Below are positions 6,180-15,339 of a DNA stretch of 24,000 bases, piece after piece. Below the pieces are notes generated by a model, which was given only the letters and a program-made list of their open reading frames with translations, was not told the origin of the DNA and did not search any database. Position 1 is the stretch's first letter; every line of letters starts with the position of its first letter. Origin of the DNA: Chitinophagales bacterium (GTDB lineage: Bacteria; Bacteroidota; Bacteroidia; Chitinophagales; Chitinophagaceae); the NCBI GenBank assembly GCA_038203525.1, contig JBBRDW010000033.1, positions 1 through 24,000 of the forward strand, given 5' to 3'. A program made the position numbers and the translations under genes.

Positions 6180-7310
6180 ATGCAACCACTTCCGCTTACT
6201 GTAAAAAGATCTATAGAATTAATGGGCCTGGTATTGGCTGCAGCGATTGTAGTGCAAGGCCAGCAAATCATCATGCCCCTGCTCATGGCTTTTTTTATGA
6301 GCATTGTATTGCTACCCATTTACCGCTTTCTTAAAAAGCATAAAATGCCCGAATTGTTATCCATTTTTCTTTCACTGATGGTCATGATCATTATCATAAG
6401 CCTCATCATTTTTTTTATCAGTTCGCAGATAACGCCGCTTATAAAAGATTTTCCACAGATAAGGGAAAATATTACACGGCATATTAATGATTTAAGCGCA
6501 TGGTTTGGCGAAAGAACCAATATCTCTACAGTAGAACAATCCAAATTTTTAAACGACCAAAGTAATAATTTACTCAATTATGCGGCTAATATTTTAGGCG
6601 GTGCGGCGGGCACATTGGGTACTGCCTTTATCTTTTTTGGCCTGCTGCCAGTGTACACTTTTTTAATGTTGTACTACAAGGTAATCTTAATGCGGTTTGT
6701 GTATATGTGGTTTCCGCAGGAGAGCCATCCACGTGTAAAAGTAGTGGTACAGCAAACGGAAACTATTGTTAAAAGTTATATACTCGGCCTGCTGATACAG
6801 ATCACTTATATCACTATCTTACTGGGAGGTTCGCTCGCACTTTTTGGCATAAAGCACGCCCTGCTCATAGGTATTGTGTTTGGGGTGCTTAACCTTATAC
6901 CCTATATAGGCGCTTTGTTCGGTAATATTATCGGGGTGTTGTTAACCCTCAGTTCATCGCAGGATATTGGGCCGGTGATAACCGTGCTGGTAACCATAGC
7001 CGTGGTTCAGTTCCTCGATAATAATATTTTAATGCCCAGCATCGTGGGCTCTAAAGTAAGGATCAATGCACTGGTTTGTCTTGCCGGTGTCTTTATTGGT
7101 GGTGCACTGGCCGGTATACCCGGCATGTTTCTTTCGCTGCCGCTTATTGCCGTGTTTAAAGTTATATTCGATCATACAGACCGGTTTAAACATTGGGGTA
7201 TTCTTTTTGGTGACGAAATGGAGGCTAAAAAGCCAAACTTAAAAATTTTGAACTGGAAAAAGAATGCCGGACAAAACAGCGTAAAAAAGAAAAAGGAAGA
7301 ACAAGGTTGA
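6180..7310 (+). CDS. AI-2E family transporter (PerM/YhhT-like permease)
   Basis: Polytopic membrane protein of 376 aa. The C-terminal region LNLIPYIGALFGN...FLDNNILMPSIVGSKVRINAL...GIPGMFLSLPLIAV is typical of the family. Confidence 0.85.
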   Translation: MQPLPLTVKRSIELMGLVLAAAIVVQGQQIIMPLLMAFFMSIVLLPIYRFLKKHKMPELLSIFLSLMVMIIIISLIIFFISSQITPLIKDFPQIRENITRHINDLSAWFGERTNISTVEQSKFLNDQSNNLLNYAANILGGAAGTLGTAFIFFGLLPVYTFLMLYYKVILMRFVYMWFPQESHPRVKVVVQQTETIVKSYILGLLIQITYITILLGGSLALFGIKHALLIGIVFGVLNLIPYIGALFGNIIGVLLTLSSSQDIGPVITVLVTIAVVQFLDNNILMPSIVGSKVRINALVCLAGVFIGGALAGIPGMFLSLPLIAVFKVIFDHTDRFKHWGILFGDEMEAKKPNLKILNWKKNAGQNSVKKKKEEQG

Positions 7311-7343
7311 TGTATCCAGCTTTCGAACTTTCTTCAGCTTTGG

Positions 7344-7479
7344 TTGTGTCACTCACTTGTACGTTCAGCACTTTATTCAGCAATTAGCGGTCAGGTATCA
7401 GCAATAACAGCAAGCCGTGTTTCCAAACGCTGACTGATGAAAGCTGAAAGTTATTCTTAAGTACAAGAGTGCGACGCAA
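7344..7479. repeat. Composite A: inverted pair of core repeats (variant arm 7344-7362, exact arm 7461-7479) around a 98-nt self-complementary spacer
   Basis: TTGTGTCACTCACTTGTAC ... GTACAAGAGTGCGACGCAA. The spacer contains complementary blocks (TTCAGC/GCTGAA, CGGTCAG/CTGACTG). Confidence 0.9.
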
Positions 7480-7737
7480 CGATGTTGAATAAAGAACCCA
7501 CGCCTGGCCACAAAAGAAAAAATAAAAGTTAGCCGGGCAGCAAATGCCCGTGCTATAAAAAAATATTAAAACAGATAAACAGGTAGGTTAAACTGCTGGT
7601 TTAAACCATTGATTAAGTTACCTCCAAAATTACTATCCCACGCCTGACTTTGCCACCAATTAAGGCTAATGATTTGATAATTAACGAAAGCAGTTTTTTT
7701 TCGTTTCGCCCACTACAATAAGCATATTGAAGAAAAA

Positions 7738-9316
7738 TTTAGATCAATAAAAATTTTTCGCGGATCACTGGCATCAATTACATTACAGCTATTTATTGCT
7801 TTAGGGATGCTTCATTTTGGGAGCGAGAAGAGCGAATCTATACTTTTTTTATTATGTTTTACAAGGCTCACCTGCATCTTATCAGACGTTTTGCGCAGCG
7901 ATGTTTCGTTGAAAGTGGGCTTCGCTTTGTTCACCTTCTGTAGCACCAAATTCTGCAATGCAAATGCAATATATCATAAACAGATATTACCTTCTATTCT
8001 GCTGTATGTCCAATGAAACATGGGTCTTGTTTGCAAATTCGATTTGAAGGTGCGTAAGCTGTCTTCTATTTTATTTTCGTCTAAGGCATAAGCTTCTTTA
8101 CCATCGGATTTGAAGAACAACCGCGCTGGCTTTTGCTTGAGCAATCCAGGGTTTTCCAATAGCTTTTTGCCTGTTTACCGTTTGTCTTCCCAGTCGTGTT
8201 TATCCTTCTTTGCCCTGTTGGCGGAATAGGTAGCAAAGATTGTTTTGCCCTCCTGATTAATAGTAGGTGTACTTAATAACTACAGCTACATCAACATGAT
8301 TATTGTGTACCCACTCGTGCTTATAATTCGATAAATTAAGCAATGGCGCCTGTATGCTTTGGGTAAGGTTTTCAGCCTTTCACCTATAATAAATTCATAG
8401 CTTTTGCCAGTAGTAATTTGCAGGTTGTTGTTAGAGGGCATACCTCTGTCAGCAACTACAATTATTTTATCAATCTGGTACTGGTTCTGTAAATCATCCA
8501 ACGCTTTTTCAAACGTATGTCTTTCATAAGTATCTCCTTTAAAAATGCAATAGCCAATCGGGTTTTTATCCCTGTTTATTTTCATGCAAAAAAGTATTAA
8601 AGCATTGCCAATTTTACCATTTTTACCAAAACCCATCGGGCGCAGTTCACCTCCTTTTTGTACTTCATGCTCCAGATAAAAAGTAGTTGCAACATAAAAG
8701 ACAACATCTAATTTTTGATTAAATAAAACTCTGCCTGTTGTAAAAATTTGCTGTTGAATGAAAAAGCTGTTATGCTTGCTGCTGGGCTCTTGTAATCGTT
8801 CTAAGCGCATCAGAAAAACGCTATTGTATAAATTAAACTGAAGTTTACTTTTGTTCTCTATTCTTCTAAAAATATCGTGTAAACCATACTGTTGTAAAGC
8901 CTTACTTCAGATTTGCTGATACCCATAATTATACCTGCCAATTTTTTGAAGAGCTTCTTGCAGTAAAGCTTTTATTTGGCCTCCTCCTATTTCAAATAAC
9001 CTAATACCAATAGCTCTAAGCTGCGCCTCCATATAATCATCTACCTTGCCTAAGTGTATAAAATCCGATGCGTTGATTGGCCGCCTGCATTGCGATAGCT
9101 TTCCAGTATTCGCAAAAAAGTTGCTGATGCTTTTTTCTCCACTCTAAGAAATGGCATACTACAACACTACAGGGTACGATAGCAAAAATAAAACAGTGAG
9201 AAAAAATCGGCTCACTGCATTTTTTTGCAAATCAAGTAATACCATTTTTCAGCAATCAGCTTCAGGATATTTCAAAAATGGATGTGTCAAAGTCAAGAAA
9301 AATGTATTGATCTAAA
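7738..9316 (-). mobile_element. IS1634-like (IS4-superfamily DDE) insertion sequence remnant with candidate terminal inverted repeats
   Basis: TTTAGATCAATA at 7738-7749 has its exact complement TATTGATCTAAA at 9305-9316, and adjacent ATTTTTC blocks also match. The pair encloses the transposase fragments. The element is about 1.58 kb. Confidence 0.5.
7974..9157 (-). pseudogene. IS1634-family transposase, broken by frameshifts and stops
   Basis: The N-terminus from complement 9155-9157 reads MPFLRVEKKASATFLRILESYRNAGGQSTHRIL. The frame then shifts near 9055 into LGKVDDYMEAQLRAIGIR. The middle fragment 8286..8810 carries DKIIVVADRGMPSNNNL (DDE region). The C-terminal fragment 7974..8159 carries RPMFHWTYSRIEGNICL. 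Confidence 0.75.
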
Positions 9317-9342
9317 AATCAGCAGCCGGCTAAAATAAAAAA

Positions 9343-9366
9343 GGTCGGTTCATTGCTGAACCAACC
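9343..9366 (-). terminator. Intrinsic terminator of the TonB-dependent receptor gene
   Basis: Hairpin GGTCGGTTCA-TTGC-TGAACCAACC with one G-U pair on the minus-strand transcript. On the minus strand it is followed by TTTTTTATTTT. It lies 29 nt after the stop. Confidence 0.65.
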
Positions 9367-9394
9367 TTTTTAATAGAGGGGAAATATTGATAAC

Positions 9395-12196
9395 TTAAAA
9401 CTTAAATACCACTGAGGCATTAAATGTAGTTCCCAACTGGCTAAACTGCGAACCGTTATAGCCAAGTATGCGGTACCTTCCGCTGAACTCTAAGAAACCT
9501 TCGAGCAAATTCTTTGCAGCAGCATCGTCAAGAACTGATTGCCCGGAAGAGTTAAGGGCTTCCAGTTTCCATTTAGGCAATACATTAAAGATATTGTTTA
9601 CCGTAAAGTTTGCAGATATTTTGCTGCTGAAATTGTAACCCAGGTTCAAGTCGGTAACAATAGCCGGGGTAAATTTCTGAATGATATTCTCCATATCAGA
9701 CCTGCCATTGTCTAAATCCTGGAACTCAGTTGGCCCAAACAAAGTATTGTTGAGGTTAAAGCTCCATTTGCTTACGTTATAATCAAAGCCAAGTATTCCC
9801 TTGTATTTAGGGCGGCTTTTGGTAAGCAGGGAAATGATCTGTGTATTAAGGATGGTTGAACCGGCATTTTTAATTGCAGCGGGATCGTTTGGTTTACCAA
9901 CAATTTCATTCCTGGTAGTGTAATTAGCAGCAAGATTAATACCCAATTTGCCGGTGCCAATAGCAATATTTTTGTAATTGGCTACAAAGTCTAAACCTGA
10001 AGTGCGGGTTTTAATACCGTTTATGAAAAACTGTATGCTAACCACATCAGCAGCCTGCAATATTTGGTAAAGCTCGGTGCCTGGATCATTTGAGCTAATA
10101 GATGAACTGTATACAATTCTGTCGCGTATGGTAATATCATAATAATCCAAAGTAATGCTGAAATTCTTTGAAGGTTTTGCGCCAATACCGACTGTAAAGT
10201 TTGTTGACTTCTCAGGTTTTAATTTAGGTACACCTAACAGGAATGCCTGTTTGCTGTTGTTATTAAATAAGCCTGAACTTACAATAGTACCACCTGCAAA
10301 AGAAGCCTGTGTTGACTGTGCATAAATCTGGTGCAGCGTTGGCGCACGAAAGCCGGTAGAAACTGAACCTCTAACAACAAAATTGTCACCGTCAAGTTTT
10401 ACACGGGTAGATCCGCGATACACGAATGCGCTTCCAAAGTCGCTATATTTTTCACCACGCACTGTACCATTAATAAGCCAGTCTTTGGTAACGTTTAAGC
10501 TTGCATCGAAGTAACCACCAATATTATACCTGCTGAATACACCTGAATTTTCCTGGCGGATACCTGGGAAAGAGTTTGCACCTTCTCCGGAAAATGATGC
10601 AGTGTCTCCTGCTACAATTTTATAAGTTTCTTTTCTTGCCTCCGTACCAAAACCTATGGCAAAATTATCTGTTACGCTTTTAGAGATATCAATATTACCT
10701 ACCACATTGCTAAAACCGTAACCGCCTGGTTTAAAAGCAGTATTGCTGGCTTTAAGCAATGAGCGGTTTACAGTATTATTTACTGCATACAACTGCTGAT
10801 TGCCCCCGACCGTTACACTTATATCCTGTTTCCAGCCATTGGTTTCATTTTTAAAACCGGCTGTGGCATTATAGTCTGTCAGGTCTCCTTCAAAGGTTGG
10901 CTGATAGCCAATATACCCCTGGTAAACACCGGCAGCTTTATCAGCCTCAAAATCGTTCTGAAGTTGTGAACCTTCCGATCCGTAGCTTGAACCAGTATAG
11001 TCTGCCGCACCTGGAGAAGGAGCGTGCAATAACCCTTCGTCAATTCTCCAGTAAGCCGGACGATAGTTTGCATTACTGAAAACTTTTTTGGTTACAAAAG
11101 CTGCATTACTGTAAAACATTCCTTTATCACCAACAGGTACACCAAGGTTGTAAAGGAACTTTGATGCCGTAGTGGTACCTGTACCATTATTATTATTGGC
11201 ATCAGGGTATCTCTGCAAATAAGACCTGATGGCTGCGTCAGTAACATCGTCTCCACCGAACGTGGCTATTTCTGTAGGTACATCAACAATACCAGACCTG
11301 CGGGCATTATCCTGCTGATCAAATGCTACGGTATAATTGATAAATCCTTTGCTGCCAAAATTAGCTCCGCCGTTAAGAGACAAGCCATAAGAACCGCCGT
11401 CACCTTTACTTGTACCACCACCATTAAGGGTGACGGAACTGTATTGGTATCTGTCTTTTAATATCACGTTCATTACACCGGCAATGGCATCAGAACCATA
11501 TTGAGCCGATGCACCGTCACGCAGAATCTCCACGTTTTTAATCGCATCAATCGGAATTCCGGAAAGGTCTGCGCCTGTTTCTCCACGGCCCGGTGAGAAC
11601 TGCACGTAAAGCAGTGAACTCAGGTTCTTTCTTTTACCATTAATAAGTATCAATGTACGGCTAGGCCCCAGGTTCCTTATTTCATACGGATCCAAAAGTG
11701 TAGAAGCATCATTTACCGGTGTATTTACCGTATTGAACGAGGGTACCCGGTATTGCAGCGTCTTATCAAAACTTTGCTGGCCCGTGCTTTTTAACGAAGC
11801 CGCATCAACATTATCAACTGGTAACGCAGAGCTTACTGAAGAACGGGGAACAGAGCGGGTACCCACCACATAAATATCCTGAAGTGCTTCACCGCTTTCG
11901 ATCAGGGTAATGTTAAGGACTGTCTGTTGACCATCGGTAATGGTAACTTTTGAACTTTGTGGGGCAAATCCAACGTTAGAAAATGTAATGGAGTAAGTTC
12001 CGGCTGTAAGCTTGAGGGAATATTTCCCATCTTTATCGGTAGTAGTACCCCCACCTTTTGAGCTAACCACACTGGCATTTTCCAGAGGCTTGCCACTGCC
12101 TGTTACGGTACCGGATAATGTACCCTGGGCCTGCACTATTAATGGAAACAAAAACAGCATTAATAAACTAGCAGCGAGCAGTTTTACTTTTCTCAT
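9395..12196 (-). CDS. TonB-dependent outer-membrane receptor with N-terminal carboxypeptidase-regulatory-like domain
   Basis: 933 aa with a signal peptide, a CarbopepD_reg-like segment (GTLSGTVTG...DGKYSLKL..GTYSITFS), a plug region (..ILINGKR..DIPIDAIKNVEILRDGASAQYGSDAIAGVMNVIL) and a beta-barrel ending in terminal F. Confidence 0.92.
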   Translation of the reverse strand: MRKVKLLAASLLMLFLFPLIVQAQGTLSGTVTGSGKPLENASVVSSKGGGTTTDKDGKYSLKLTAGTYSITFSNVGFAPQSSKVTITDGQQTVLNITLIESGEALQDIYVVGTRSVPRSSVSSALPVDNVDAASLKSTGQQSFDKTLQYRVPSFNTVNTPVNDASTLLDPYEIRNLGPSRTLILINGKRKNLSSLLYVQFSPGRGETGADLSGIPIDAIKNVEILRDGASAQYGSDAIAGVMNVILKDRYQYSSVTLNGGGTSKGDGGSYGLSLNGGANFGSKGFINYTVAFDQQDNARRSGIVDVPTEIATFGGDDVTDAAIRSYLQRYPDANNNNGTGTTTASKFLYNLGVPVGDKGMFYSNAAFVTKKVFSNANYRPAYWRIDEGLLHAPSPGAADYTGSSYGSEGSQLQNDFEADKAAGVYQGYIGYQPTFEGDLTDYNATAGFKNETNGWKQDISVTVGGNQQLYAVNNTVNRSLLKASNTAFKPGGYGFSNVVGNIDISKSVTDNFAIGFGTEARKETYKIVAGDTASFSGEGANSFPGIRQENSGVFSRYNIGGYFDASLNVTKDWLINGTVRGEKYSDFGSAFVYRGSTRVKLDGDNFVVRGSVSTGFRAPTLHQIYAQSTQASFAGGTIVSSGLFNNNSKQAFLLGVPKLKPEKSTNFTVGIGAKPSKNFSITLDYYDITIRDRIVYSSSISSNDPGTELYQILQAADVVSIQFFINGIKTRTSGLDFVANYKNIAIGTGKLGINLAANYTTRNEIVGKPNDPAAIKNAGSTILNTQIISLLTKSRPKYKGILGFDYNVSKWSFNLNNTLFGPTEFQDLDNGRSDMENIIQKFTPAIVTDLNLGYNFSSKISANFTVNNIFNVLPKWKLEALNSSGQSVLDDAAAKNLLEGFLEFSGRYRILGYNGSQFSQLGTTFNASVVFKF

Positions 12197-12455
12197 AACT
12201 TGTTATTAGTTTGGTTCAGAAGCTAAAATATCGAATTTATTGATAAGTCATTTTTTTGTTAAGGGAACAGCCGAAACTACAATCTGAAGTAACCCCATTT
12301 TAATTTGGTTAGTTCGTTATTTTCCAGGTCAGCATTTCTGCTTGGTAGCTATCCATTATTTTACTGATTGTATTGCGATTGCTCTGGCAGCTGCAGTTTT
12401 AGACCAATAAAATACAAGGTTATTAACCCAGCTTTGGTAGTACAATTAAACATTA

Positions 12456-12474
12456 TTGCGTCGCACTCTTGTAC
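12456..12474 (-). repeat. 19-bp core repeat (exact, reverse orientation)
   Basis: Exact 19/19 match in the divergent intergenic region between the TonB receptor and the Rieske gene. It overlaps only the implausible upstream extension of ORF 12469..13695. Confidence 0.95.
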
Positions 12475-12612
12475 AGTTTTTCCACTATTCCGCATGTGCC
12501 AGAGGTAAAACTAATTAACCGGCTTTTATATATTCCGGATGTGGCATTGTATAATAAAGTAGCTACCAGTGCTCCCTTCAAAATAATTAACTTCGGCAAA
12601 ATTGTTTTCCAC

Positions 12613-13695
12613 ATGCCCCGTTTTATAGTTGATGCCGATATTTCAAAAGCCTGCACAATAGCAAAAGAATTTTATACTAGCGCCGGGTTTCTTGAAGAAT
12701 CTAAAGAAAAAATCTTTGCGCCGGCCTGGCTCTATGCCGGCAACAGCGATCAGGTAAAAGAGCCCGGCAGCGCCCACCCGTTTATCTTGCTTGAGAATTA
12801 TTTAGACGAGCCTTTACTGCTAACAAAAGGTATAACCGGCAACTTACATTGCATCAGTAATGTATGTACACACCGCGGTAATTTGGTAGTAAACGAACCC
12901 TGTAAAGTCAGTCAGTTACGCTGCAAATACCATGGAAGGTTATTTGGCCTGGATGGCCATTTTATCTCAATGCCAGAGTTTAGAGAAGTTCAAAATTTCC
13001 CCTCAGAATCAGATAACCTAAAAGAACTTTCCATTTTTAAATGGGGCAAATTATTGTTTACCAATTTAAAATCAGGCATACCTGCATCGCTTTTTTTCGA
13101 TGATATGGTTAAGCGCATTCCCTGGTTTCCGGTTGATGAATTAGATTACCGCCCCAACCTTTCGCAGGACTTTACCGTAAAAGCAAACTGGGCGTTGTAT
13201 TGTGAAAATTATCTGGAAGGTTTTCATATTCCATTTGTGCATGCCGGCTTAAATGCCATGCTTGATTTTGGTGAGTACACCACAGAAATTTTCAGGTATT
13301 CAAACCTTCAGCTGGGCATTGGTAAAAAGGGAGATGTATGTTTTAATTTACCAGAGTCATCACCCGATTATGGTAAGGAAGTAGCAGCATATTATTTTTG
13401 GGTCTTCCCCAATTTGATGTTTAATTTTTATCCATGGGGTTTATCACTCAATATTGTACAGCCGGTTGGCTTAAGCGAATCAAAAGTTTCCTTCCTTACT
13501 TTTGTTTCTGATGAAAGTAAACTCAATACTGGCGCAGGTTCGGGGCTCGATGCCGTTGAGCTCGAAGACGAAGAAGTGGTGCAGAACGTGCAGAAAGGAA
13601 TAAGGTCAAGATTTTACAATAATGGCCGCTATTCGGTTACCCGCGAACAGGGTACGCATCATTTTCATTCTTTAATTGCCGGGTTTATGGGGTAA
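12613..13695 (+). CDS. Rieske [2Fe-2S] non-heme-iron oxygenase, alpha-subunit-like
   Basis: Rieske motif CTHRGNLV...CKYHGRLF. The catalytic region contains NYLEGFHIPFVH. I moved the start to ATG 12613 (MPRFIVDADISKA) because the track start at 12469 overlaps the intergenic repeat. Confidence 0.85.
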   Translation: MPRFIVDADISKACTIAKEFYTSAGFLEESKEKIFAPAWLYAGNSDQVKEPGSAHPFILLENYLDEPLLLTKGITGNLHCISNVCTHRGNLVVNEPCKVSQLRCKYHGRLFGLDGHFISMPEFREVQNFPSESDNLKELSIFKWGKLLFTNLKSGIPASLFFDDMVKRIPWFPVDELDYRPNLSQDFTVKANWALYCENYLEGFHIPFVHAGLNAMLDFGEYTTEIFRYSNLQLGIGKKGDVCFNLPESSPDYGKEVAAYYFWVFPNLMFNFYPWGLSLNIVQPVGLSESKVSFLTFVSDESKLNTGAGSGLDAVELEDEEVVQNVQKGIRSRFYNNGRYSVTREQGTHHFHSLIAGFMG

Positions 13696-13944
13696 AAAAT
13701 TGATAGTAGCTTTTAGCTGCGTGCGACCAGCTTTGTAGTATGGGTTTTAAGTTGCTGCATAAACATAAACAATAACAATAGCCATCCTCTGGCAGAACGA
13801 AGACCCATCAAAAAATAAATATGGGGCACAAAAATATTCTACTGGTTTACCACTGCACAAGTTTAGCTTTGAACGATTAATAACAAATGAGGGTTTTTTA
13901 TTCCTGCCAGGGCTTAAAAGCCTTCACTCAAAATATCGAAATTC

Positions 13945-14643
13945 ATGCTTGAAGAAATATTAAAAAGCCATACTGCTATTTTTCACCGGGTTGTCCCTTT
14001 TAATGAGGCAACAGATAAATTGCTTATGATGGATTTTTCTGGTAACAACAGCGAGATCAGCACAAGTATAATTACAGACACAGAAAAGTTTTCTAACTAT
14101 GTGCAACAAAAACTAAATGCTTCAAATGCAAATTATGGTATCGGCGGTTACAACGAAGAACGCAATTTTTATAGCCGCAGTAATAATTTTGACGGTAAGA
14201 ATGGGGCCGAACCACGCCGTCTTCACCTTGGAATAGACATCTGGGGGCAAGCCGGTACGCCAGTTTTTGCACCCCATGGCGGCATGGTGCACAGCTTTGC
14301 ATTTAACAGTGCATATGCTGATTATGGGGCTACAATAATACTGCTGCACCAGCTAGATGGTTTTGCTTTTTACACCCTATACGGCCACCTCTCCCTTAGA
14401 GATATTGAACATTTAAAAGAAGGGAAATATATAAACCGCGGAGAAGAGTTTGCCCATTTCGGCGTACCTGCAGAAAACGGGCAATGGCCACCGCACCTGC
14501 ATTTCCAGATTATTATTCAACTGGAATGGAAGCGTGGCGATTACCCCGGCGTTTGCAAAAAAAGCGAAAGTGAAAAGTACCTGCTAAATTGCCCCAACCC
14601 AGATCTTATGCTAAACATGATGCAATTTGCTGCAATTATTTAA
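13945..14643 (+). CDS. M23 family metallopeptidase
   Basis: HLGIDIWGQAGTPVFAP (HxxxD), YGHL and PPHLHFQI (HxH) are the M23 zinc-ligand motifs. Confidence 0.85.
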   Translation: MLEEILKSHTAIFHRVVPFNEATDKLLMMDFSGNNSEISTSIITDTEKFSNYVQQKLNASNANYGIGGYNEERNFYSRSNNFDGKNGAEPRRLHLGIDIWGQAGTPVFAPHGGMVHSFAFNSAYADYGATIILLHQLDGFAFYTLYGHLSLRDIEHLKEGKYINRGEEFAHFGVPAENGQWPPHLHFQIIIQLEWKRGDYPGVCKKSESEKYLLNCPNPDLMLNMMQFAAII

Positions 14644-14724
14644 AGGCAAATAAGTCAATATTAAATTTCATTTTTTCAAAACCATAATAAGTTTTTATTT
14701 TAGCTCCCTCTAAAAACAACACAA

Positions 14725-14928
14725 ATGAGCACTCAGCATTTTGATGACGACAGCTTAAAAAAATTTACACTTTCCGGTTTCCTTGCTTTTGCAGCGGTAT
14801 TCAGCGTATTAATGCTGATGATGCGTTGCCATGGCGATTTTGTTCCCACAACAGAAAATACACACAACACATCCGCAGCAGAAAGCCACGAGACAGAAAA
14901 GCCCGCTAAAACTCCATCGGCAGAGTAG
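14725..14928 (+). CDS. Small hypothetical membrane protein (67 aa)
   Basis: One hydrophobic segment (LSGFLAFAAVFSVLMLMM) followed by a low-complexity tail. No homology recognised. Confidence 0.35.
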   Translation: MSTQHFDDDSLKKFTLSGFLAFAAVFSVLMLMMRCHGDFVPTTENTHNTSAAESHETEKPAKTPSAE

Positions 14929-15090
14929 AATAATTTTACAGGAAACTGTTAAGTGTTTATGCTGCCACAGACTTTGGGTACAATTTATTTGTAATTTATT
15001 TGGTTCAAAAACAAGCTCTTGAACGGAAAGTTTTTTATTGGTAAGGTGAAATTTTTTTGGCCCGGCTACAAATCTTTGTTTAATCTTTTG

Positions 15091-15225
15091 TTGCGTCGCA
15101 CACTTGTACTTTTGGTAATAATGGCGGCAAATTCTGTGCAGTACGTAGCCTGCCGCCGTTTGCTATTTTAAAAGGCTGCTGCACATTGCCCAAAAAAGAA
15201 CAAGGCGTACAAGTGAGTGACACAA
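15091..15225. repeat. Composite C: inverted pair of core repeats (18/19 arm 15091-15109, variant arm 15207-15225) around a 97-nt self-complementary spacer
   Basis: TTGCGTCGCACACTTGTAC ... GTACAAGTGAGTGACACAA. The right arm is the exact reverse complement of the variant arm at 7344-7362. The spacer contains GGCGGCA/TGCCGCC, TGTGCAG/CTGCACA and TTTTGG/CCCAAAA pairs. Confidence 0.9.
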
Positions 15226-15339
15226 CAGGTGCCTAATAGCAGCAATGCAGCCCGGTATAAAATATTTACTGTAGAAATTAAAATCCCGTTCTGAATTTTC
15301 GGAAGAGATTTTTTTCTCTCATGCGCAAATTTCTTTAAG

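Noticed and set aside
7807-8016. 69-aa plus-strand ORF in the IS remnant
   Set aside because: It is antisense to transposase-homologous fragments and has no recognisable features.
9772-12209. Short ORFs inside or antisense to the TonB receptor (9772..9966, 10879..11073, 10897..11079, 11902..12096, 12012..12209)
   Set aside because: They are nested in alternative frames of a 933-aa CDS with clear family features, and nothing independent supports them.
12197-12455. Riboswitch (cobalamin or TPP) in the ~260-nt leader of the TonB-dependent receptor
   Set aside because: Reading the minus-strand leader, I found no B12 box (GCCACTG-like) and no TPP CUGAGA / ACCUGAUCUGGAUAAUGCCAGCG-like core. Only a core repeat and its outer module are evident.
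12469-12612. Upstream 48-codon extension of the Rieske oxygenase ORF
   Set aside because: The extension starts inside the intergenic 19-bp core repeat and lacks homology-like features. The ATG at 12613 (MPRFIV...) is the plausible start.
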